The notes under the pieces are model-generated. The model saw only the letters and a list, made by a program, of their open reading frames with translations. It was not told the origin of the DNA and did not search any database. The position numbers were made by a program, and so were the translations under genes. A stretch of 64,000 nt of DNA from Cyanidioschyzon merolae. Its lineage: Eukaryota. Position 1 is the first letter of the stretch. The number at the start of each line of letters is the position of its first letter. Positions 21,282 through 29,935 of this stretch are shown here, piece by piece. The stretch is from assembly GCA_000091205.1 (NCBI GenBank), contig AP006494.2, one strand, 5' to 3'.

Positions 21282-23216
21282 GTGCAAGGACACGTGTCCA
21301 TCCGCCGCCAGGTGATGGAGGCGACACTGCGGCGGCTCCGGAATCGGGGTGCCGCCGACATCGCTCACCCGTCGCAGGCGGGAACGGAAAATCACCCGAC
21401 ACCCGCTGCTTTGCGTGTGAGGCGCGTAATTATCCGTTGGTCTTCCGGAGCGCGCCTCGCTATGGGAAGTGACGCTTGTTATGGGCGTTGGGAGCTCCAT
21501 ATTAAGAGGAATAGACGTATACTTTTGCAGGGAAGTGGTGTTGATAAGTGTTCTTCGGAGAAGGCTTCTCAGGTGAAGTCTTCACCAGGTTCAATGGCCA
21601 GCAGAGCAACTGAAGCGCCGCGCGAGCAGCCAAGCACTGCCGCAGACGCAAGGAACCCAAGGAACCCAGTGGAGACTAGCGGTGTTTCTTGGGCAGCTGT
21701 GCAAGATGCTGACGTAGGAACCCATAAGAAAGAGTCGAAGACAGCTGGCACCGCAGCTGAGACTGGGGGAAGCTGTGAACCGCTTACGCCTCCAAAAACG
21801 GTTGGATCAAAGCGCCACCACAGTCCCATGGTGGCGGTGAAGGCGCGAATACCACCGAGCGGAGCAGGGGAGGCCGAGCTTTCGGCACCAGAAATACCGC
21901 AGGCACCAGTGGACAGGGCTAGTGGCGACGGGCGCAACTTTCCCGACGGTGTAACCTGGTCTGCGCTCTACACGCGCCTGTTACAGGCTATGCAGCGCAC
22001 GCGCGAGTTCGAGGTGCAGCTCTCCCTCGCAAAGTCTGACCTGATGCGCCTCCAGACAGAATGGTTACAAGCTGTCTGGACTCGACGTCATGCGGCCAGT
22101 TTAGAGCTGGTGACGGGTGTTTCCGAGACCGGCGTCAGCTGGGAAGTTCCAGCGCGAACATCAGTGCCAGCCGGGGCAGGGCCTGCACAGTTGTTCTCTA
22201 CGACGGGAATGCATGCGAATGCGTCAATAGGTACGATTCCAGACACACGAACAGCAAGTCATGGTGTCTGGTTGACCATTCCGGACGCACCTGCGGTGCC
22301 TCTCCAGTCCGCAGCACCAACGAGTTCGCTGACGCGCACATTGCCCTGTGGATCAAACCTGCAAAGTGACAGCATAGATTCGAGCTCGTGCTTGTACCAA
22401 GGAAGCGAAGCCAAACCAGGGGTGCATGCCTGCAACTGCTCAACTGCGAGCAGTCGAACATTTGGTGAGCACGACACCCCGTCCGCTTCAGAATCGGAGA
22501 AGTTCTATCCACAGCATCCAACTGCGGATGCACATTCGACGGAGCAAATATCGCTGCCGCCCGCTGCATCAACGACACCGAAGACGAGTGGCTCGAACCA
22601 AAGTCGTCGTCGTCGTTGTCGTCGTCGTCATCGACAGTCAAGTCCTGTCCCGGGTACGTCAAGATACTGGACGGAGGCTGAGCACAAGCTCTTCCTGGAA
22701 GCGCTCAAGATCTACGGCCACCGCAATCTCAAAGCGATCAGTGCTCATGTTGGCACGCGGAATCCGACACAGGTACGAACTCATGTTCAGAAGTACTTTA
22801 TGCGCCTCACTCGAGAAGCCCTGCGGCTCGAAGACACTCGCAGGACCTCAGTGCAACCCTCGATGCAGTCGGCGACATCCGCTACGTCCTCCCGCGGCGA
22901 CGGCGCGTCTGCGCCTTTTGGCAGCACAGAGCAGCTGCCAGCGCCGGGCATCGAGCTTCGCTGCAGCGGAGCGTGCGCGCAGCCGCACGCGTTAATGCCG
23001 TGCGAGCCTGCCCAAGCGCCTGCCTCTGCAGCATCGACCAGTTACACTGAGGAGACACCATCAGACTACCGAGCACGCAACCAGGAGCACGGCTCCAGTG
23101 TCCCTGGAGAGATCGAGGAGCATCCTCGCGAGACGCGTAGGCAGCCGTTCAACTCGGTACCAGATACTTGTGGCGTTCATTTGTTGTCACTTGTTGCACA
23201 GGAGAATATGCTATAG
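21282..23216 (+). CDS. MYB/SANT-domain protein of the SHAQKYF class, about 644 aa
   Basis: Contains WTEAEHKLFLEALKIYGHRNLKAISAHVGTRNPTQVRTHVQKYFMRL, a single MYB repeat with the SHAQKYF-type signature of plant and protist RVE/CCA1-like factors. Long low-complexity flanks; an Arg-rich run precedes the domain. The start is uncertain. Confidence 0.6.
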   Translation: MQGHVSIRRQVMEATLRRLRNRGAADIAHPSQAGTENHPTPAALRVRRVIIRWSSGARLAMGSDACYGRWELHIKRNRRILLQGSGVDKCSSEKASQVKSSPGSMASRATEAPREQPSTAADARNPRNPVETSGVSWAAVQDADVGTHKKESKTAGTAAETGGSCEPLTPPKTVGSKRHHSPMVAVKARIPPSGAGEAELSAPEIPQAPVDRASGDGRNFPDGVTWSALYTRLLQAMQRTREFEVQLSLAKSDLMRLQTEWLQAVWTRRHAASLELVTGVSETGVSWEVPARTSVPAGAGPAQLFSTTGMHANASIGTIPDTRTASHGVWLTIPDAPAVPLQSAAPTSSLTRTLPCGSNLQSDSIDSSSCLYQGSEAKPGVHACNCSTASSRTFGEHDTPSASESEKFYPQHPTADAHSTEQISLPPAASTTPKTSGSNQSRRRRCRRRHRQSSPVPGTSRYWTEAEHKLFLEALKIYGHRNLKAISAHVGTRNPTQVRTHVQKYFMRLTREALRLEDTRRTSVQPSMQSATSATSSRGDGASAPFGSTEQLPAPGIELRCSGACAQPHALMPCEPAQAPASAASTSYTEETPSDYRARNQEHGSSVPGEIEEHPRETRRQPFNSVPDTCGVHLLSLVAQENML

Positions 23217-23670
23217 ATGCATGCGTATGGCATAGAGGACGATTAGAAGCGTTGAACGCGGCACCATGAATACAAAACGAGTCCGCATTCACTGCAATGT
23301 ATGTATAGCGAAGCGGCGGTCTGTAGCCAAGTACGAACGGCTGTTACTGGGACAAGTCGCGAAAAGCGCACTGTTGTATCATCGTTGGGGTTTGGATCCT
23401 GCGTTCATATGCAGGGTGGTTTTTTATGTTTTGTGTGGGAAGCATTGTCGTCACGGAGACAGTGCCGCATTCTGGGGCACGTGCATCCCGGACGGTGACG
23501 GCACTGCTTCCGAGACGTTCGCCTTTCACGGGCATATTTACGGGTAAAGGGGAACTTTCACTGGGCAAGCTCGCGCAGCATCTATTGCAACTCTGAGGCG
23601 CTGGTGCCGCCCATGCAAACGAGTCCAGCGGTTACCGACGAAGACAACCACGGCTGCCATGCTACTTGGA

Positions 23671-24531
23671 TCATCGGTTTGCGATTGCTCGCTCACAGCC
23701 ACTCCCAATGTACGTACGAATCGAAACGGCTGATGGACGCGCAAGGTGCTTTTCGTTCCTGTACATACCCAGATCAGGCTCGAGAAGTAGCAACTGCGAG
23801 GTATCTGCTGGATCGTGGATCGCTGCTGGCGACACCGTCCAGTCCAAAGCGTTGGCCGTACCACCGCCAGCACCCTCTTCTGCATCCGCGTCATCCAATG
23901 TCGTCCTGCTCGTTTGAACTCGTTGAGCTATCCGGGCGAGGTTCTGTTGGACTTGGCGAACGCGGTTCAGAGCGGCCACAAAGACGGGTACGAACTGTGC
24001 AAACCGACCCTGTGCAAACTCCAAGCGCAGCCGAAAACTCCGTGGTAGCGCCACCTGATCAGCAAAGGCGTTCACCAACAGCTCCAGACGACAAGCACCA
24101 AAAAGCGGCTGCTGAAAACGCTCGTTCCAAATGCCGTGCAAAGGCACCTCGAGACTGTACAGGGGCTGAGGTGCGCCCCAGTTTACCTCCCCTGGGGCAC
24201 GCGCTGGCGCCAGCAGCACCATGCGTACGTTCGTGAGCACTGCAGTCGCTCGGTACAAGTAGCCGAATTGTGACGGGTCCCTGAGTACGTGAGACAAACG
24301 AGCTTGCCAACGAACCGGTGTTTCCAGTGAGAACAGAAAGCAGTCCAGTCCAGACTGCCGCCCGAGGTAACGCTCATCCAAGTACGCAATCGGTAGGCGC
24401 TGTTCCGGGTCGAGTTCAACGTTCGTCGCCATAAACCAATGAATACTAGCCTCCGCCAATGCTTGCAACTGCCACACCGATGAACATGTTCCCAACGAAG
24501 GAGCGCTTCTCGAGAGCAAGCGACCACGCAA
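23671..24531 (-). CDS. Hypothetical protein, about 286 aa
   Basis: Intact ORF on the minus strand with host-like codon usage (...MATNVELDPEQRLPIAYLDERYLGRQSGLDCFLFSLETP...). No family recognised. An overlapping plus-strand ORF (23604..24236) is judged a shadow ORF. Confidence 0.35.
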   Translation of the reverse strand: MRGRLLSRSAPSLGTCSSVWQLQALAEASIHWFMATNVELDPEQRLPIAYLDERYLGRQSGLDCFLFSLETPVRWQARLSHVLRDPSQFGYLYRATAVLTNVRMVLLAPARAPGEVNWGAPQPLYSLEVPLHGIWNERFQQPLFGACRLELLVNAFADQVALPRSFRLRLEFAQGRFAQFVPVFVAALNRVRQVQQNLARIAQRVQTSRTTLDDADAEEGAGGGTANALDWTVSPAAIHDPADTSQLLLLEPDLGMYRNEKHLARPSAVSIRTYIGSGCERAIANR

Positions 24532-25336
24532 GACTCGTAGCCTGTATTACTACGCTTTCACGAGCTGTTCACGCGTTCACCTGCCCGCGGGGAAACTTTC
24601 TCGCTTCAGGAGCGCAGGGTGCGCTGGCCTCGGCGACTGCCACGCACAGGCGTGTCCCGAGGCGCTACGCTGCGCTCTATCAGGAGACGCTCGCGCGAGT
24701 GCGCGACACTTGCCAGAAACAGTGAGGATAATGATCAAAGACGCACCGCCACGCGTACCACTGACCCTAGAACCGGCTTGCTACTTGGCATAGCGTCCAG
24801 ATCCGTTGTCGAACTGGGGGTCCTGCAATAGACGCTGACGCTGCGCCTCCTCTAACCCTCGCTACTGCGTTGGATGCTTGCTGCCGTCACCTGCGTGCCG
24901 TAACGACACACCGCAAGACTGGGCGGTGCACGAACCAATAGCTCTGGAGACAAGTCTGGGTCGCTATAATCGCACCATCCCCAGGACTTGGTGATGCAAT
25001 GAACAATGAATCCGAAGGCAAGCATTGGTGATTGCTAGCTAGTTAGCTAGCGGATCCTGAAAGTAGGTGCGGCAGCATAATGGACGCTTTTTCAACTACC
25101 AATATCCATGCATTCCGCAATCTGGGATCCATGATCAATGGAAACGTGTTGTCATCGAAAAAGAATCAGCACTAGTGCTGCGGACGTGGCACTGCGATCC
25201 CGTGAACGCATCCAAGAGCGGACGCACCGAGAACGGAACTCTTGGCTTTGGCTGCCGTTGCCGACCGCTGTGGCATACGTTGAAGCGACTGTTTCGGCAC
25301 TTGCAAGGTATATTACAGAAAAGTGCGTTGTACTAA

Positions 25337-26125
25337 ATGCATTGCGTTCAGAAGTTGGGGTTTGTTCCACATTTGTTTGATGTGCACCGAGCAGGGGCCA
25401 CTGGACGGAAACAGAGCGCTGCAGCTTGTACAGCGATCAGGAAGCGTACCCGAAAACAAGTCCAGGCGCTCTTTACCGGGCTTGTTGAGGAGCTTGGCAC
25501 CATCGTGCAGCGCACGGAGACACAACGTGAGCCTCCCGCAGTGGAGCTCAGCATCCGTGCGCCGGGTATCTTTCCAAGTCTGAAGCTTGGCGATAGCGTG
25601 GCGGTGAACGGTGCATGTCTGACGGTCGCGTCGCTTTTGCCGCAACCGGCTTTCCAGGTGACCCTCGCCCCGGAGACACTGAGACGCACGAGTCTCGGGC
25701 AGCTCGGCCTCGGGGATCAAGTGAACCTGGAACGTTCCATGGCCGCTGACGGTAGGTTCGGAGGTCACATCGTGCAAGGACACGTGGACACCACCGGTGA
25801 GGTGCTCGACGTGCGCCTCGAAGGCGATGCGCTGTGGTATACGGTTCGGGTGCCGCGTTCAGCAGCGTCCATGGGGTCAGCGCTACAGCCGGACTGCTTT
25901 CTGTATGTTGTGCCCAAGGGGTTCATCGCTGTGGACGGGGTCAGCTTGACAGTGTGTGACGTGAACGATCGAGAGCGAACGTTCACGTTCATGCTTGTTC
26001 CATACACTCAGGAACATGTGACGTTACCGGGACGACGCCCTGGTGACCTCGTGAATCTGGAGATGGATATCATCGGCAAGTACGTTCAGCGACTTGTTGA
26101 ATCACGACTATCCGCGGTGCGCTGA
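25337..26125 (+). CDS. RIB5: Riboflavin synthase alpha chain (two lumazine-binding repeats)
   Basis: LFTGLVEELGTIVQ...LKLGDSVAVNGACLTV...LGQLGLGDQVNLERS forms repeat 1. GHIVQGHVDTTGEV...KGFIAVDGVSLTV...LVNLEMD forms repeat 2. Collinear with E. coli RibC and yeast Rib5. About 45 extra N-terminal residues precede the conserved (M)FTG start. Confidence 0.88.
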   Translation: MHCVQKLGFVPHLFDVHRAGATGRKQSAAACTAIRKRTRKQVQALFTGLVEELGTIVQRTETQREPPAVELSIRAPGIFPSLKLGDSVAVNGACLTVASLLPQPAFQVTLAPETLRRTSLGQLGLGDQVNLERSMAADGRFGGHIVQGHVDTTGEVLDVRLEGDALWYTVRVPRSAASMGSALQPDCFLYVVPKGFIAVDGVSLTVCDVNDRERTFTFMLVPYTQEHVTLPGRRPGDLVNLEMDIIGKYVQRLVESRLSAVR

Positions 26126-26520
26126 ATGCTCGAGAGAGATGACGCACCGGCGCCTGCACACGTGACGTCAGCGGTTGCAGCAGCGGCAGCACTGCTGGTG
26201 GCAAAGGCTAGGCTTTCGAGTGCAAAGCACAGCGGGCAAGCAACCCACGAGCACTCCCTGCCAGTGCTGAGAACCAGTGTCGATATTTGTACTTGCATGC
26301 ATCTTTTTATGGTTGATAGTCTGTGAAACACAACGTGGCATGGTCGGATGACCGTGTCGAATGTGGTGTAGCGTCTGACGTTATTTTGCCTCGGTTGGCA
26401 GCTGACCTCGGTAGCCAAGCGTGAGTGACTATCTAGGCGGGGTCCACTTGACTCGAGACGCCGTGACCCGCCGCAGGAGCCTACACAATGTCTTCCTCGC
26501 AGCCTCGATAACTGCATGCG

Positions 26521-26690
26521 CAGAAGCCGCTGATCCGGTGACATACATTGGTATGCACGGTTCATGCATGCGGTGTTGTGTTGTGTTGTGTGTCTTTTTC
26601 TATCACTCTCTCTCACTCAGAAGCCACTGATGCGGTACCGTATATTGGCATTCGCGGCGCGTGGATTCTGTGTTGTGTCCGTCCACTGGT
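26521..26690. repeat. Two copies of a 40-bp motif 97 bp apart (26521-26560 and 26618-26657), each followed by a GT/TG-rich tract
   Basis: cagaagccGctgatCcggtGACatacattggTatGcAcgg versus cagaagccActgatGcggtACCgtatattggCatTcGcgg, with (TGTTG)n/(TGTG)n tails. Confidence 0.45.
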
Positions 26691-27990
26691 GGCAGATGTG
26701 TACGGGATTTGCGTATGAGCGCGACACGCTGAACCGCAGACAATACCTGCATATGCCCCGTCCAGAGGTTGCTGTGTGCTGCATATGCTGCAGAAAACGA
26801 TTTCGGAACTCGTTGAGAGGGTGCTAAAACGTTGCACTCTAGTGTCCTTCTCTGCCGATTCCCCAAGTTGGTGTGCTCTTCAACGAAGCCGCGAGACGCG
26901 GGAAGCGTGCCGGCGTTTGGCAAGCGCTTCCACCACCAGACGAGCATTGTCTGATTCACGAACACCAGCATTGAGGAGCAGGCGCTTACCACACCGGCAG
27001 GCATGCCTTTCGGACGTTCTCTCGCGTTGCTGAAGCCTTCTACGAATGGAGAGAAAAGATGATCCATGAATATGAGAGCGCAGCAGGAAGCCACGAGCTC
27101 AGCACCCTCACGATACAAGTTCCAACCGAATCAGGCAGACTTGTTCCGGTCTCGTTGAAAAAGCGCTCCGCAACCGAGGCAGAACACAGACCCGTCTCAT
27201 GCATAGCACGCAACGTGAGTCGCGGCGTGCAGTTCTCGCGGAACATAGCGGCACCGGTGATTTCTTTGAAAATATCGATAAAAAACCGAGATTCTTTCGC
27301 GTTGCACCACAAGACCCTTCGAGTTAACGAGTCGAGAACGTGCGCGGCAACCTCGCATTGTTCTGGGTAGCCAAGCGGACGCTCGCAGAAACCGCTTGCT
27401 CGAACGTTCCTATACCGAACCGAGGACTCGGCCGGAGAGCGACCAGCGTCAGACGGTATGGAGGCAGCGGTTCGGTGCGGAAGCGCGATCTTGGCCAAAC
27501 ACCCGCTAAACTGAAGCGATGCGCATTTTACAGGCCTCTTTTGTTGTCTGGCACATCTCTAGTGTCTATCATGGTTGGCACTGTATCGGATACGCAGCGT
27601 GCTTTCGAAGAAGCTTTCGCGTATCTGCAGTCGAAGCGGTACCGAGCGCTGTTGCAGGTGCGTGCACAGCAGCGCTTCGTTACCCTAACCTATCCTTACG
27701 TGCTTCGCCTCACCAGGTAGTGCATTACCGTCGTGCTGTTCCGTGCTGGACGTTGTCGATAAGCACGTCAGCGAAGCGGAGCCACGCACAGCTCCGAACA
27801 GCTGGGGCTACTTCTGGGTAACCTTACGAACAAAGCGCGGACTTGCTGCTTCTTTTATTCTTAAAAGCCAATACCTTTTCAGGTTTAGGGCTGAAGCGCA
27901 CACCCCGCAGCGCAAACCGTTCGTGGGCTACCGCAGCGCTGGTGCGCACCCTCGGCAACTACAAGCGTTACGTCGTCAGCGTGCACAGCT

Positions 27991-29442
27991 TTGCGAAGTA
28001 ACAACAGCCGCTTGCACCCACAAGAACCTCCAACGTTACCTGAAGCACGCGCTGCAATCCGACTCTTTTACGCGTGCCCAGAAAAGGTGCCCATTAGCCT
28101 GTGGAGTCGGTGCCCCCATTACCACCGTAGCCGCCAGGCTGCGTCAAGCGCTCCGGGGCGAAGTATTTTCCCGCAGGCGGCGTTTCCCGCTTCAGTCATT
28201 GCGGAGATTGCATGGGCTCCACTTGTCGCCGCCATGACCCGCAAACGAGTCGAAGCCACTGTGGGGTTCGCAACCACCATAATCAGTGCGAGTGTAGTGC
28301 GCTCTGAAAGTAAGCTTAGAGCGAAGCGACGCCTTAGCAAGATTGCCCTCGCACTACGGGGCAGCGTCGCTAGCCTGGGCGAGGCCGGGCCTCCGCACAA
28401 GACCTGTTTCTCGCCGTGGTACGCGATCGCCGTACCTGTGGAGGAGCTGGATCTTCCTTTATGTCTAGAAGCCGGACAGACTTTTCGCTGGAAACAACGC
28501 GAGAATGGTCTTTGGTGCGGCGTACATGCTGAACTCGCTTGGAACCTCTACCGACCCGATGCCACCACGCTGCGCTACTGCTACGCGCCGGCTACCGTTG
28601 ATCCAGTTCGCGCCCGCCTCGTGCTACAGGATTTTTTGCGGCTATCCGATGATGCACCATCTCTAGTCAGTTTATATGAGGATTGGAGCAGCAGTGATCC
28701 GCATTTTCGTAGCGTTGCACCTTTCTTCCAGGGAACGCGAGTTCTTCGCCAGGACCCGGTCGAATGTCTGTTCTCGTTCCTATGTTCGAGTAATAACCAT
28801 ATTCGACGCATCTCGGGCATGGTCGAGTTTCTCGCTCGACGCTACGGGCGGGCGATCGGCTCTGTACCCGCGGGTTTGGCCGATGATGAATATTACGCAT
28901 TCCCGAGCGTTGCCGAGCTCGCAGCTCAAGCGAGTGTTGCAGAACTGCGGGCGAACGGTTTCGGGTATCGTGCGGAATTTGTGGTGAATACTGCGAAGGA
29001 GCTGGAGTCGCGCGGCGGCAACTCGTATCTGCGAGGTTTGCGGTCTCGGGAAAACAAGGATGAGGTTATTCGGGAACTTGTAACATTGCCAGGTGTCGGG
29101 CGCAAGGTCGCTTCGTGCATCGCGCTGCTGTCGTTGGACTGCGCGCACGAGGTGCCCGTCGACACGCATGTGTGGCAACTGACGCTGCGCCACTACGCGC
29201 CGGACTGGCGAACGAAATCCCTGACTGAGAAGCGGCACGAGGAGATCGGTGCGCTGTTCCGAGAGCGTTTCGGACCGCTTTGCGGCTGGGCACACCAGGT
29301 GCTCTTCATTGCAGACTTAGACGCCTTCCAGGATCGATTGCCGGAAGCTCTACGAGCAGAGCGTACGCTTGCCCGGAAGCGGACGCGGGCAGCAATATCT
29401 GCTCGAAAACCTGCAACTCCGCCAGCACAGCGGTCCGAATAG
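27991..29442 (+). CDS. OGG1: 8-oxoguanine DNA glycosylase OGG1 (OGG_N plus HhH-GPD); probable start at ATG 28234
   Basis: N-terminal OGG_N signature (EELDLPLCLEAGQTFRW). HhH-GPD core (LCSSNNHIRRISGMVEFLARRYG...ELRANGFGYRAEFV...LVTLPGVGRKVASCIALLSLDCAHEVPVDTHVWQLTLRHY), with the catalytic Lys/Asp positions conserved. A basic amphipathic presequence (MTRKRVEATVGFATTIISASVVRSESKLRAKRRLSK) precedes the domain. Confidence 0.85.
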   Translation: MRSNNSRLHPQEPPTLPEARAAIRLFYACPEKVPISLWSRCPHYHRSRQAASSAPGRSIFPQAAFPASVIAEIAWAPLVAAMTRKRVEATVGFATTIISASVVRSESKLRAKRRLSKIALALRGSVASLGEAGPPHKTCFSPWYAIAVPVEELDLPLCLEAGQTFRWKQRENGLWCGVHAELAWNLYRPDATTLRYCYAPATVDPVRARLVLQDFLRLSDDAPSLVSLYEDWSSSDPHFRSVAPFFQGTRVLRQDPVECLFSFLCSSNNHIRRISGMVEFLARRYGRAIGSVPAGLADDEYYAFPSVAELAAQASVAELRANGFGYRAEFVVNTAKELESRGGNSYLRGLRSRENKDEVIRELVTLPGVGRKVASCIALLSLDCAHEVPVDTHVWQLTLRHYAPDWRTKSLTEKRHEEIGALFRERFGPLCGWAHQVLFIADLDAFQDRLPEALRAERTLARKRTRAAISARKPATPPAQRSE

Positions 29443-29844
29443 TTGGCGCGCTGTTTAACTCAGTGAAGGACCGGAGTTACAGACGAAGCGCTACTCGAAA
29501 CTGGTTTCTTTGCAGGATGCTTTCTGCAACGCATCACATGATTCCATGTAGAAAAAAATGCGGCTGTTTCAGTCGCGCGGGTCAGCAGTCGGGCGCAATT
29601 TGCGCACGCACGCGCGCCCTGGATGTATCTGGATTCTCTTGTACTTTCAGGGTACATACTAAACATATATGAATCATCATGGACAGGATGTTTACGAACG
29701 TCGACGCTCGGCCGGCGGCGTGTCACGCATGCGTGATGTCACGCGTCCCCTCAGTCACGCCGACCTATTTGTGACCAGCGCTTTTGTTTCTTTCAACCGA
29801 TTTGAAGTTTTCGTTGAACGGGCGTTGAAGGCGTTGTTCACACG

Positions 29845-29862
29845 GTGTGTGTGTGTGTGTGT
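29845..29862. repeat. (GT)9 microsatellite
   Basis: ggtgtgtgtgtgtgtgtgtgtt read directly in the sequence, in the intergenic region upstream of the PHD gene. Confidence 0.9.
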
Positions 29863-29935
29863 TCACAGTAGCACTCCGTCAAACTATTCATCTATCTCAC
29901 AAGCGGATCAGCGGTTAAAGATTGAGGCGTAAAGC

